From: Phaeosaccion multiseriatum | Lineage: Eukaryota; Protista; Ochrophyta, other classes | Length of the DNA stretch: 64,000 bases | Assembly: GCA_965112735.1 (NCBI GenBank) | Contig: OZ218956.1 | Span: 2,914,001 to 2,978,000, forward strand | Direction: 5' to 3' | Part shown: positions 1-26,924 of the stretch, piece by piece | Layout of the letters: the number at the start of each line of letters is the position of its first letter | How positions within the stretch are numbered: position 1 is the first letter of the stretch | The notes under the pieces: generated by a model | Told to the model about the DNA's origin: nothing | The model's database searches: none | The model's input: only the letters and a program-made list of their open reading frames with translations | Position numbers and translations under genes: made by a program

Positions 1-859
1 TCCCTTCCTAGATGTATGTCTCTCCCTGTCTCAACCGCTTCCCCTCCCCCTTGGCCTTCCCCCCCCCCCCCTCTGGACAGGTCCGGCTGGTCGTAGCGCT
101 GCAGCTGCTCGTGTCCTATGCGCTCCTCCTCGCGCTCGTCATTTTGCCCATGCTCTACATCATTGACGTCATCGGGCACTTGGGTACGTGTCGTGTGGCA
201 GTGTATAACATTGCTGTGGCCGATATTTCTTCCCGTCTATCTTTCTGTCCATCTTTCTATCCATCAAGCAATCTATCGATCTTCTGTCTGTCTATATATC
301 TATCTATCTCTCTATCTGTCTATCAATGCATCTTTCTATCTCTCTATCTATGTATCTACACCAACCCCCCCCCTCTTCTCACCCAATGCCGCTCTCAGCA
401 AAGCTGCCTTCACTGAATCCTCCTGTCGCTCTCCCTGCCCTGCTCTGCTGCCACCCTGCCCTGTTCCGCTTTGCCCCTTCCCCTCCCCACACATGCACAC
501 ACGTAGGCCCTATCTTGAATCTGATTCTCCTGCGCAACCCCATATTGGTCGTCGCCAACACCGTCATTGGAGCCGGTGGAAAGGCCTCGGTGTACGCGTG
601 GGACTCACTCACGGGAAGGTTCTATGGTCACAGAAGACCCGACGTCTTGTGTCCGACAGGTGCGCACGAGGGACCGACAGACGAACAGGCCAGCGATAGA
701 CAGCCCATCCTCCGTCCTGTTGGTCTTGATCCCATACCCGATCCCATCTGATCCGTTTTTGGGGTGTGTGAGAGAGGAGGAGGTTGGACGTGCTGCACGT
801 CGAGGAGGACGTGGGGTATTTCCCCGACCGCCCCTCTTCTCCTCCTCCTCCTCCTCCTC

Positions 860-894
<35 letters not shown>

Positions 895-1624
895 CTCCTC
901 CTCCTCCTCCTCCTCCTCCTCCTCCTCCTCCTCCTCCTCCTCCTCCTCCTCCTCCTCCTCCTCCTCCTCCTCCTCCTCCTCCTCCTCCTCCTCCTCCTCC
1001 TCCTCCTCCTCCTCCTCCTCCTCCTCCTCCTCCTCCTCCTCCCCCTCCTCCTCCTCCTCCTCCTCCTCCTCCTCCTCCCCGACTACGCGTCCTCTTTGAG
1101 CCTGCTCTCCCCCTTCCAAAACTGGACATGTTGCTGCTCCTATGACATGGTCTGACGTAATGAGATGCGTTGCCCCCCCCCCCCCTGTACACTCCATACT
1201 CACACTCACGACCCGACGACATAGGGCTGCTCGGCCTGGACACATTGCTACAGGCAGTGGAGGGTGTGTGTGTGGCCTTCAAACTGGCGATGGGGTTGCT
1301 GGTCATCGTGGTGGGGCTGCAGCTGGGAGGCTTTGGACCAGTGGGAGGAGGTTTCACCATCCACTGGACCTTCCGCTCGCTGCAGGTACGGTCCACTGCC
1401 TGTCTTGTCTGTCTTGTCTGTCTTGTCTGTCTTGTCTGTCTGCCTATCTGTCTTTCAGTCAGTCAGTCAGTCTTTCAGTTTCTTTTTCCTCTTTTTGTCT
1501 GTCTGTCTGTCACCACAGAAGTATTGTGTTTGTTCCTCATCCGTATGTCTCGCACCCTCTCTCTCTGTATTGTGCGATTGTCTCCTCCCCCTCCTCTCCC
1601 GTCCCCCCACCCCCCTCCTACAAT

Positions 1625-1681
<57 letters not shown>

Positions 1682-2033
1682 AACAACGACAACGACAACG
1701 ACAATCAACAGGTGTGGTGGACAGAGGCCTCGACGCGATTCCTCCAACTCCGCACCTTCTGTCGAGCCGTGCGAGCTCGGCCGAGAATGGCCCGGCCCAC
1801 GCAGGCGGAGCTCGATGCCTTTGCCCCCGACGTGTGCGCCATCTGTATGGAGGACATCACCGAGTGCGTAGGGGCGGCCAAGACGCCGTGTGGACACCTG
1901 TTCCACGCATCCTGCTTGGGAAGGTGGTTGTACAGAGCCAAGACTTGTCCACAGTGCCTCAAGGATTTGTTCAATCCTCCTCCTGCTCCTCCTCCTCCTC
2001 CTGCTGCTGCTGCTGCTGCTGCTGCCACTACTA

Positions 2034-2071
<38 letters not shown>

Positions 2072-2437
2072 CCTGCTGGCGCTGGTGGTACACTCGATAC
2101 TGCTTCGCTGCCACAGCAACAGCGGCAGGCCGAGGAGGAGGAAGAAGAGCAGGAGGGGCAGCAGCAGCGGCAGGAGGAGGAGGAGAAGGGTCAGCGAGAG
2201 CAGCAGGAGAAGGTGGAGGAGGAGGAGGGTCTGCAAAATCAGCTGGAGGAGGTGGTGGTGGTGGTGGAGGAGGAGGAGGAGGAGGAGGAGGAGGAGGAGG
2301 AGGAGGAGGAGGAGGAGGAGGAGGAGGAGAGAACAGGGTTGAGTGTGGCTCGTGAAGCTGCGGCCCATCTGAGTGTGGCCTGCGGGGATGGGGACGGGCT
2401 GAGGCGGAGGAAGAACCTTCCACTGCCGCTGCCGTGA
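1..2437 (+). CDS. Membrane-anchored RING-H2 E3 ubiquitin ligase (TRC8/RNF145/Hrd1-like), 5'-truncated; exons ~<1-13, 81-183, 507-659, 1225-1385, 1712-2437
   Basis: Phase-compatible GT-AG exons encode hydrophobic segments (VRLVVALQLLVSYALLLALVILPML; AFKLAMGLLVIVVGLQL), then RING-H2 CAICMEDI...PCGHLFHASCLGRWLYRAKTCPQC and an acidic tail. The stop overlaps a (GTGA)n tract, so a further 3' exon is possible. Confidence 0.8.
838..1078. repeat. (CCT)n trinucleotide tract in a RING-gene intron
   Basis: Near-pure cct repeats, about 240 bp. Confidence 0.95.
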
Positions 2438-3528
2438 GTGAGTGAGTGAGTGAGTGAGTGAGTGAGTGAGTGAGTGAGTGAGTGAGTGAGTGTGTGAGTG
2501 AGCCCCGCCCTGGCTGGTCACGGTGGGGGGTCAGCACCACGCAGCATTCCCCTCCGACGGAAACGAAGAGGGCCACATACACGCACTCCTTGTGTATATA
2601 ATAGAGCAGGATTTGTTCTTTCCTCTCTACAAGAAGAGAGGGGAATTAATAAAGAGATACGAGGAGTAAAAAGCCCTAAGTACTACCATTACAACATGTA
2701 AAAAAGATACCCCTTTGATTCGGATAGGAGGCTGTGTTCTGTGGATTCTCATGTCGACGTACACAGAGACTTCATCCCCCATCCCACCCCCCACCCCTGC
2801 CCCAGACCTCGGAGTCCAACGCATGCCCCTGGCTGTGTGTGGGGGCTGCAAGCATTGCAACACCATACTGTACTCTCTACATGCCCATCTTTCATTCCTT
2901 CTTTCTTTCCCTGCTGTACTATTGCAAGGAGAAAAAGACTGACGGCCGCCCGTGCGGTGAGGAGGGAGGTACCGTACCACAGGATTCACTCCAAGACCCA
3001 TCAATCACAGACGAGGAACACACATGCCCATGCCGACTCCAGAGCCCCACACTGGGCCAAGCGAAGGCATGCGCGTTTCTCTCGGCTCTGCTTGATTGAA
3101 TGGGTCCCCAAGACCTCCCCTCCGTCCCACTCTCAGTCTTGAGTGCGCAAGCTTCGCCACTGAGGGCCTCTCTCCATCTGCCCCTCCTCGCGCAGCGCAT
3201 GGGAGCGAAACGCCAACCCGTTTGGCCTCACGGTCCACAAGAACGAACCCAAACCCAAACCTAACCGAAGCCTGCCTGCCTTTCGTAATGGCAAATCACG
3301 CGTGAATGTTTCTTCTGCACTCCTCCTTCTCCCTCCTCCACCCCCCCCCCCTCTCCCCTTCCTTATCCTCCTCTTCTTTCTCCGTGGTGTCGGGTGACAG
3401 GGCGGCATCTTTCGTTTAATGACGCAGAAAAGATCCCTACTCACACGTCCACATGCGCACACGCACCCATACACGCACGCACGCACCACCTCCCCCTCCC
3501 ACGCCGGCTGCAAGGCCTGCTCCGAGCC

Positions 3529-4559
3529 TTATGAGTAGACGAGGCGGAATATGTCATTATGTACATAGTACGCCCCCGGGCCTGTGGACACAAGCTGGAA
3601 GAACTCTGTGGCAGGCAGGAGCACACACAGCCAAAGAGAGAGAGAGGGAATACGTAATGGGGGGGAAGGGGTGAGACGACAGGAGAAGGGGGAATGATCG
3701 CGCTGAGAGAGAGCTTGGCAAGAGAGGGTGCGAGACAAGAGCATGCGTAAGCTGAGTTTCGTCATCACAATCGCAAAACCATACACCTCGACTCCCTCGG
3801 CCACTGTAGAACCTCTGGCGACCGCTACACACTCGGTCGTCACGACCAACACTTGGGCAGACCCGAGCGTGTCGTGTCCTGTAGGTGCACCTGATCAAAC
3901 CACACAAAACTGCCCCATCACCAACCCCAACCCCCCCCCAGCCCCCGCCAAATACACGTACCTGTAAAATGTAGTGGATTGTTGCTGTCAATCTGCAAGC
4001 ACAACGCCACGAAGGCGAGGATGGGGGGGAAGAGGTATGCCACACATTGAAGAGAGGCAGAGGAAGGGTTTGAATTGTGCTGGGGGTCCAATTGCCTGCA
4101 CCTGTGGCCGAAGCCAACCATAACATCACAATATCTATGCGAGTCTTGTAGTGCGGTCTGCCTCTCTAGCTCTTACCTTGACCTTCCCGACAGTAAAAAT
4201 GCAAATGGCGGTCGAGTTGGTCGACGGTTGGACGTCAACCTTATCCACAGTGAACTCCAGTTTTCCCACACTCTGTGCCATGGAAGCGAGAATCACATGC
4301 AATACGCAAGGGGGACACAGAGGGGACAAGGAAAGGTGCGTAAAAAGGAAGAGAGTGTGAAAAGAAGAATCACTTCCGCCTTTCAACCCACCGAGTACTT
4401 CTCGATGATAGCATCCGGGCCCTGCACTTGTGTTCCCTCGAAGGTGAGCATACTGCCCGGCTGGTAAAGGCCCTTGAGCTGCGCCACTCCGGCTGGACCC
4501 TGGGCGAACATACTGTAATAGTGCGCCACAAAGGCCTTGGCTACTTCTTCCGCTGCCAT
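3529..4559 (-). CDS. NTF2: Nuclear transport factor 2, 123 aa; exons 4559-4392, 4272-4177, 3992-3962, 3605-3529
   Basis: Spliced product MAAEEVAKAFVAHYYSMFAQGPAGVAQLKGLYQPGSMLTFEGTQVQGPDAIIEKYSSVGKLEFTVDKVDVQPSTNSTAICIFTVGKVKIDSNNPLHFTEFFQLVSTGPGAYYVHNDIFRLVYS. It has NTF2 hallmarks (F..HYY..F, LY...SMLTFEG, D.QP, V.NDIFRL). Exons total 372 nt, all GT-AG. Confidence 0.95.
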
Positions 4560-5277
4560 AGTGCTCCTCCCCTCCCTCCTCCAAGGCGGCTGCGCTGCTT
4601 GCTCCTCCTCCTCCTGCTGCTGCTGCTGCTACTGCTACTTCTGCTACTGCCACTGCTGCTCCTCCTACTGCTGCTATTCTGTTGCCACCGCTCCTGCTCC
4701 CTTGTATCTTCAGTACTCCTCCGCCTGGGGGGGGGAGAATCAAGCCAAGGGGCGGAAACCCGAAAAAGTTTTAGTTTGAGGACATTGAGACAGAGAGGAG
4801 GTGATAAAGGGGAATGAAAGGCGTCAGATAAAGCAAGGGAGCCACGACCCCAGCAGGTGAGAGCCAACAGGCGGAGAGCGGGAGGAGTTCTCTCTGTTCT
4901 TCCGATGGCTTTCCTGTGGTTGTCCGTAAACCCCGCTCTCTCTACAAAATCATTTTCTAACCTTCCATTATTTTCAAACGATGTCACCTTCCGTGAGGGC
5001 GCCACCCCCATCGTAGACTGACTCTGTGTGGCAGAGACATGATGGAGGAATGTCAAGATTGAGTTTTTTACTCTGTTTGCTCTCTCTTTAGCCTCCCCCC
5101 TCCCCCCCTCTTCTTTCTTCTCTAAGATCCTCTCCATCTGCCTCTCTCTCCTTCCCTCTCCTCTATCTCTACACACTCTCTCTGTCTCTCTCTATGCCCT
5201 CCCCCTCTGCCTCTCTCACACACTCCCTCTCTGCCCCCCCCCCCCCCCCCCCCCTCTATCTCTCTCTCTCTTCTGCG

Positions 5278-18768
<13,491 letters not shown>

Positions 18769-19664
18769 TTGCTTCGCCGACTGCTTCGCCCTCGCCCCAG
18801 GCCCAGGCGATGGTGAATCAGGGCAGGGCTGCTGCTGCTGCTGTATCACCAACTGCTGCGGCGGCTGCGGCTCCGGCTGCTGCTCCGTCTGTACCGGTGC
18901 CGGTCACCGCGAAAGCAGCGGCGGCGGCAGTAGCGGAAGGGTTCGTGTTGGAGCCGGATGCGAAACGCTCGCGAGTGGAGGGCGAGCGCGTACCCGCGGC
19001 GGCTCCTGGGCTGACCTCGGCATGATTGGGCATGGTTGGGCATGATTGGGGTAGGGCAAGGGAAGGGCAAGGGTCAAGGGTCAAGGGTCGGTTACATGTC
19101 AGGGGGAGAGAGCAGTCGAGGAGGGAAGGAGGGAGGGTATTATTAGATGTTAACCACTATTGATGAAGGAGGGGGAAAGAAACATTGACGAAGGAGGAAG
19201 GGGATTAGATGTTAAACCAATATTCCCAGGCGAGGTTTTTTATTTCTCTGGCTTCTGCCTCCCTCTTGCTTTCTGGCTTCTGGCTGGCTATGCTCGACCC
19301 CTGATACACTATCGCCCACATTCTCGATAGTGCGCTATCGGCCGCCGGCGATAGCGGATAGCGTAGCCAAACTGAACTATGATCCCCCCGGGTCACTGAC
19401 ATACTGTGAGGTGTGCTTTAGGGAAGGAATATGGGGGAAATATCCACAAAAGAGGGAAGGAGATGTTATAAATTGTTATGTGGATGGAGCGTGGAGTGTA
19501 TATCTCTAGTGGGTGGTGGCCTTCTTCTTGGGTAGAAGGCGGCGTTGCTTTTTGTTGAGTAGGACTTGTTGAAGGAGTCTGAAAGGAGGCGTGTTTTGAG
19601 CCAGCGTGATATTACAGAGTTGAACGAGTAGGTGGTGGCGAACAAGCGAACAAGCGGGACGGAG

Positions 19665-22600
19665 ATGGCGGAGGAGGCCCCAGGAGAGGGGCTGGAGCTG
19701 CAATGCCCGCAGTGCTATGAAGACTATCAGCCCTCCGGGCCCGGGTCGGAGGCCAAGAGAATCCCAAGGGCCCTGCACTGCGGGCATTTGATCTGTACCG
19801 AATGCGCCACCATTTTTGCAGAGGAGCAGAACTACTGCTGTAACAAGTGCTCTTTCGAGACGGTGCTCGACCCGAAGCTCCCTGCCGGGGGCTTGGCCGT
19901 TGCCGACTTGGCCGTTCTACCTCCGCCTCTCGCACTGCCTGCGGGGGAGGAGGTGCGACCACCGGAGGGCGCGAGTAACAAAGGAGGAGTGGAAGATGGA
20001 GAAGCGTCGGTGGCGGGGGACGTATTGACTCCCCGGACCAGGACTCCGAGTGCCCGGAGTGGCTCGATGGAGGGGAGCGATGGCGATGCGGATCTGGGGG
20101 CGACAGGGGGGGTGGGCGGTTCAGAGGGGACAGCACCAGCTCAAACAGCTCTGCTGAAGGAGTGAGGTGAGAGAGTATCATCAAAGACTTGGCTGTAGAG
20201 GACGGGCCATGTTTCTTTCTTTGCCTACTGAGGGCTTTACGAGGACGAATGAGTGACCCAGCATCCAACTGCAACTTCTCAGCATCTGTGCTGCCTCCTT
20301 CCTGTCCCCACGAACCCAAGAAGCGCTTCTTCTCACTTCTCACCCCATCGTTGTCTTTTTCCTCCTTTTGTCCCCCCCCCCCCAAGCCACCTGGATGAGT
20401 ATCTGAGGACGGCAGACATCCGGCGCGGAAGTGCAGGGGATAGCCTTGACTACCCAGCCTTTGCCACGCACACAGGTGCTTACCGCCCGGAGTTCGACGA
20501 GGACGGAGGAGGAGGGGGGGTGACCTGCATGCTCTGCGAGGAGGGGAGGGAGGAAGGCTACCTGTGTGCCCGGCACATGCGAGAGGACCAGGAGGGCGTG
20601 CTGCACGTGGGATCGATGCGTGGGGGCAGCGGCGACATTGATCAAAAGCACGTCATGAGGAAGCGGGTGTCCAAGCAGGGGGCGAGGCATTTTGGCGGCA
20701 AGGTGGCAGGCACCTCCCCCTTTCTGCTTCGGGTGAATCGGGACAAGCTAGAGCCGCAGCCCGAGCCGTCTTTGGAGGATGCGGATCCTGATTATTTGCG
20801 CAAACATTTCTTCCAGGACCAAAAGATGATCAGCGACGGCCTTGCGCTGTTCCTCATCTCCGAGTGCACCAAGAAGCTGCAGGAGGAGCCCAACGTGTTG
20901 CACATTCAGGCCCCTGTGAGGATTGTGGGCGACTTGCACGGGCAGTTCTTCGACCTTGTGAGCATGTTGGACACGTTTGGCACACCTTTGCAAGCGGACC
21001 ACAAGGGGCAGTACCTCTTTCTCGGGGTAAGTACCTTGCTTGCCGCTGTGGGCTTGCCTCTGTGGGGGTATGACTGTGGGGGTATGACTGTGGCTAGCGC
21101 GGGTATGGAACAACTCCCTCTCCTCCGTCCCCTCTTTGCCGCATCCCTTGCTGCTCACCACCACCCCTTTCAAGCACCTTGCTTGAAGAAAGGCCCCCAT
21201 CTCACACTTCAAGCCATCCATCCACATGCCACCAACCCCCCCTGCGCCATCGATGCCCCGGATTGTTAACCCCCCCACCAAACACAACTCTAACGACGGC
21301 CTGCCCCTCCTTCTCCCTCTCCCTCTACCCCACCACCGCAGGACTACGTGGATCGCGGCATGTTCTCCTGCGAGATACTGCTGTACCTTATGGCCCTAAA
21401 GTTGCGCTGCCCCGACCGAGTGCACCTCATCCGCGGCAATCACGAGTGCCGCAGCCTCACGCAGCACTTTGGCTTCAAGCAGGAGTGCGAGCGTAAGTGC
21501 GGCATCATCGCCTACAACTACTTTCTCAAGTGGTTCGAGCAGCTCCCGCTTTGTGCGGTGGTTACCAACGACCACGGAAAGTACTTTTGTACTCACGGTG
21601 AGTTTGAGTTTTGAGTTTGGGGCTCGTCTGTCTGGAGTTTTGCGCCGCCGCCGCGAATTAATTTCCGTGCACTTGTGTGCAGAGCCAGCAAGAGCAAAAG
21701 CGAGGGGGGTACTCACTCTTGCTGTGTTTCCTGTACTTCCCGCGAGCCCCCCTTCCCGCCAAGCAGAGAGAGGGAGAGGAGAGAGAGATAGAGACGGAGA
21801 AGTTACCCTGGGCTCCCGGCTCTGATCCTTTGGGACAGACACGCACGACGATGTTGTCTCTCTTCGTTCGTCTCTCCTCCCCATCTGAGCCAGCCCCTCA
21901 CCTCTACAATTGTAGCCTCCTCCGTCCACTTTTGCCCTCCTCAATCACGCTCATCTTTGTGCCTATCGAATCACCAATGGCTACACATTCACACACACAC
22001 ACACACACAGGCGGCATCTCCCCCGACCTCGACTCCATTGCGGACATTAACCTCATTAAGCGCGATGAGGAGCCCCCAAAGAACGGCATCATGTGCGACT
22101 TGTTGTGGGCAGACCCCGCCGACGACCCTGGCATCGTCAAGATTGAGGACCTTGAAGCAGAGGACTTGAGAGGGTTGCTCAACGACGACGGTTTCAAGAC
22201 CAACCCGTATCGGGGCTGCAGCGTGAGCTTCGGTATGCGCCCCGTGCTCAACTTTTTGGAGAACAATGGGTTGTTGACGGTGATTCGCGCACACGCGGTG
22301 CAGGAGCAGGGCTATTTCCGCCACTTTGAAAAGGTGCAGGAGCTGCTGCAGGCCAAAGATGATGGTGAGGAGGGGGAGGAGGAGAAGAAGAAGAAGCAAC
22401 GACTGCACGCGCACGCCAGCAGCGGAAACCCTCCCGAGGAGACGGGCCACGACATGTTGCTTGCAACGGAGACGAAGGAGCTCGCCACAGAGGGAGCTGA
22501 GGCTGCCTACCTCCCTCCCGCTATGGCTGGGAGTGGGCCTGCTTCTCCCGCTGGAACGGAGACTTCGTATCCAACTGAAGAGAGGTTTCTGATGGGCCAT

Positions 22601-24587
22601 GGCAATGGACGCGGCTTTGAAGACGAGAAGGAGTCGGGGGGGGATAAGGAGAACGAAGAGCAGGGGAGGGAGGGCATGCTGGTGCGGACGGCGGCACCGA
22701 GGGAGAGAAGCAACGGGCGAGCTCAAGCGCAGCAGGGACCCGTTTCGCCTTCGCCCATGTCTTGGTCTTTGAAGAACTTCTTCGGAACCGTTACGGCCGA
22801 CATTAAGAGCCTGATGAACCCGAACAGCCCTTCGGACAAGGCGGGCGGCTCCACCCCTTCGAAGCGGCCCAGGACGAAGACGTTGTTGTCTCCGGGGGGT
22901 TTGCTCCGGTCACGAGAGAGGGTGCCTTCTCCCGAGCCCTCCCCGTCACCACCGTCTTCGCCGTGCTCGGGAGACAGCAGCCCAGGGGGCAACCCCACCT
23001 TGGCCTATATCCGCAGAAAGGCCGCAATAGAGGAGCGGAGACGCAGCAACGGCGGTGGCAGCAGCGGTGGCGGTAGCCGCGGCAAAGGCAATGGTGTTGT
23101 GCATCGGGGGGCGGACGGATCACCGGTTATCTCTCCTCAAGGGTTGTTCTACTCTCCCTCCCACTCCTCCGGGCAGCGAAGCACAGACAAGAGCTTCTTC
23201 GGTGAGGGAAAGGAGGAAGAGCGGACCCGGAGGGCGAGCTCTCTCGTGGCGACGAAGGGAGAGGGAAGCGTAGCAGCAGCCGAAGCGCTGCGGAGGAGAT
23301 TGGAAGAGTTTGAGGAGGGTGCACAAGCACACGCTACAGCGGCTGCTCAGCTCCCGCCAGTCATCACGGTGTTCTCCGCCCCAAACTACTGCGGGAGGTA
23401 TGGCAACACGGCCGCGGTGCTGCTCATTAAGCAGACCGAGGCGGAGCCGGAGGTGGCTCAGTATCAGTGTGTGGTGGCACCCGTACCTGTGGACAGAGGC
23501 AATAGACACCAGGTATGTACGGTATGTATGTATGTATGTATGTATGTATGTATGTATGTATGTATGTACGGTACGTATATATGTATGTTTGTATGTATAT
23601 AACCACCGTCGCACCCAAGAGACACATGACTCGCGAACCGCCGTCACCCGTCACCCGTCACCCGTCACCCGTCACCCGTCACCCACTCGTACAAAGCTTG
23701 TTCTGTTCCCGCTTGTCCCCTCCTCCCTGCCGCTCTCGTTGTTGGGTTGGCTCTTGCTTTGGCTCTTGCTTTGGCTCTGGTCACCACCATCATGCCCATC
23801 CCATTGCGCATGCATTTTCACACTCGTAATTCTCCTTCCTTCCTTCCTTCCTTCCTTCCTTCCTTCCTTCCTTCACCACCCCCATTTCCCGCCCTTGGCG
23901 AACTGTGACTTGACCGTTACAATACAGGCCCACATTAGTGCGCTGTTGGACACTTGCCCATACATGCCCACGACTTTCAGAGACTTTGTGAGGATCGCGA
24001 TCCGCTTAGGACCGGCGCCACCGCTGTTGGAGTCCGAGGCGGGAGGAGGGGAGATGGCACCAGAAGCATCAGGAGGAGCAGCAGGAGGAGCTGGTGCCGT
24101 GGCAGGGCCAGGGGCGCAGAGTACTGGCGGGATGGGACAGACGGAGGCCGGAGGGGACGGAAAGGAGGGGCAAAGGCATGGAGAGGCTTCCGGGGAGAAG
24201 GGGGGGAGAGGAGGCGGAGGAGGAGAAGGAGGGGAAGGATCGCCTGGAGCAAGCAAAGCTGGGAGTCAAAATGGCGGAGGATTGACCCTACGGCCCGGCG
24301 CTGTGGACTTAGTGGTAACTCCTGGAGGGGCGTCGGGAGGAAGCGCAGGAGGGGGAGGGGGCTCGGGCGACAAGGCTCTTGTTGGGCGCTCCCCCGTCTC
24401 TCCTCGGCCCGTCAAGGTGAGAGGGTGAGCTCCGCACCTTCACTGACTTCAGGGAGATGGGGGGGAGGGGCTGTATGATTCGGTTTGACGTGGCCGAGCA
24501 CATGTCTCCCAGCTTTACCATACCATTCCCACGATTCGATTCTGCATGAGTTGTGGCTAGCTTGTATCTGTCTAGTTGTCGTCGTCG

Positions 24588-24630
<43 letters not shown>

Positions 24631-24740
24631 TATCATCATCATCATCGTCATCATCATCATTAGCATCATTAGCATCATCATGACCATCATCATCATCATC
24701 ACCATCATTATCATCATCATCATCATCATCATCACCATCA

Positions 24741-24794
<54 letters not shown>

Positions 24795-26891
24795 TTATGT
24801 CAATGGAAGGTCGCGCTCCGTGCACCCCTTGTGTGCCACAGCCCTTTTCGATGTACAAGCACCCCACCCCACCCCGTCACTCCCCTCCCCCCCCCCCTCC
24901 TCTCTCTTTTGTCTTTTTGTCCTCCTTCGCGGGCCCTCCACTCTCCTCCAGATCATGTCTGAGCACGATATTTACGAGCAGCGGGTAAGTGAGAGTTGGC
25001 AGAAGCAGTAGCAGCAGCAGCAGCTGCTGGAAGGGAAGGGAACGGAAGGAGTGCATGTATAAATGAGCGACTGAATAGCTTTTCATCGCAGCGGGCGGCG
25101 TGCAACAAGAGGAAAGCACCCCCCCCCCCCCGTTAAGGAGGATCTTGGTCTTGAACTGGGTCGCCGCCTCACTCCTCAGTGCTCGGCCCCTACTATGAGG
25201 TGCCCTTTTTGTTGACAGGGACGCCCCGTGTGTCTCCTTGCCTCCCGCCCCCCGCTGCCTCTGTCTCTGCCTCTCGCCGTCTCTGCCCCTCCCTCCCTGT
25301 CTCCCTCCCTCCCTCCCTCCCTCCCTCCCTCCCTCCCTCCCTCCCTCTCCTCTCTCAGGCGGCGCACGACCGCATCCATGAGCTTCACCCCGACAAGCTC
25401 CAGCGCATGACGGAGCAGCCCGCAGCCGCCGAAGTGCTGCAGGAGGTGAAGGAGGACGCCATTATCCCTAGCAGTGCCACGTTGAGCGTCAGTCAGCTCA
25501 CGCACATCTTTGGGGGCGGCGGTGCGAGTAGGAGAGACTCGTGTCCAGCGGAGATAAGTGGAGGAGGGGGGGGCGAGCAGAGCAGCGTGCGGGGGGGTGA
25601 AGAACAGTACCTCGCTGAGAAGGGCGGAGTCAGGAATCTGAAAAGGTATGTATGTAACGGGTACGTAAGGGGTACGGTGTTGGATGGGGGCTGGGATGAT
25701 GGATGGAGCACGGCCAGGCTTCTTGTAAATGGTTGATTTGGAGTGTGCTTCGCCGTTGAATTTAGTCGAAATGGTTACTGACGCTGTTCTGAATTGGAGA
25801 GAGACGGTTACTGACGCTGCGCCACCTTGTCCTCGGACACCGTTCGCTCGCCTATGCTGTGCTCCTCCCTCCCTCCCTGCTTGCCTCCCTCCTCCCCCTC
25901 TCCCTTCCTCCCTCCCTCCCTTCCTCCCTCCCTTCCTTCCTTCCTGCCCTCTCGGCACAGAGCCTATGAAAAGGAGAATCGCTCCCTTCGCGCCATGTCG
26001 CTGGTGTCTGTAGAGCGTCAGAAGATTGAAAAGATTGAAGGCGACCTCGCCAAAAGCGCCCAAAGATCGCGCCTGCAGAAGCGGCAGGGCATGGGGGTGG
26101 CAGCAGATGGCGCGGTAAGCCTATCAAGCACCCTGCCGAGTGACGGATCAGCTGTGATGTTCTCCCCCTCTGCGGGGAATTTCTCCCTGCAGGGTGAGGA
26201 CATGGGGGAGGAGGAGCGAGAGGCAGCGGTGCGGAGATCTGCGGTGGAGAAGGGGGTTGAGATGTTCGAGAAGCCCAAGAAGGACCGCAAGAGCAAGGAG
26301 CTGGCGGAGTGGTTCAAGAGGAGGGGCAGGAAGGCGAGTACGTCCAGCTCCACGCTCGCAGAGGGCAGGTACCTGAGTAACATTCGCTCTCCTCCGGTAG
26401 GAGGGGGAGGAGAGGGCGGAGGAGGGGAAGGCCAAGGACAAGGGCCTGAGGAGGCGGAGTCTGGGGACTCAGGAGGAGGAAGGAGCATGAGGGAGAAGGA
26501 GGAGGGTGAGGGTGAGGGTGTACAAAGTAGGGAGCAGGGCGGCGGCGTTGGGCTTGCCAGACACGTCAAGGCCATTCCATCGCAGATGCGCTTGGAGGCC
26601 TTGGGGCCACCGGTGGACAGCGACCAGCGCAGGATGAGGAAGGCTTCGTCGGTATCGGAGGAGGGGTTCGGGGGGGAAGAGGAAGGGCATGAAGCCGGCA
26701 AGGGGAGCGGGGGCAGTGGGGGGGGGGGGGCATCGGATGAGGCGGGTAAAGAGCCAGAGTCGACCCAGCTACACACGCAGCTACACACCCCGCCCTCGCG
26801 CGGAGGAGGCGGAAGAGGTGCGCTGGAGGTGTCGTTCAGCACGCCTTCTCCACGACTTGGGCAAGGAGGAGGAGAGCAATCACCAGCAGCC

Positions 26892-26924
<33 letters not shown>

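Noticed and set aside
567-1396. Long poly-P/G/E/L/S ORFs in several frames (also 42082-43299, 45420-45746, 55594-56447)
   Set aside because: They are translations of stop-free intronic microsatellites, not genes.
2498-3500. Short ORFs between the RING and NTF2 genes
   Set aside because: No recognisable domain or consistent exon chain; probably UTR or intergenic sequence.
19305-19362. Two adjacent CTATCG/CGATAG hairpins, with an ATTAGATGTTAA direct repeat upstream; possible Helitron end or ncRNA
   Set aside because: The stems are short, with no clear Helitron termini or tRNA/snRNA signature.
20160-20170. In-frame TGA after the RING exon suggesting readthrough or selenocysteine
   Set aside because: A phase-2 donor GA|gtgagg before the TGA matches the acceptor at 20387, so no recoding is needed.
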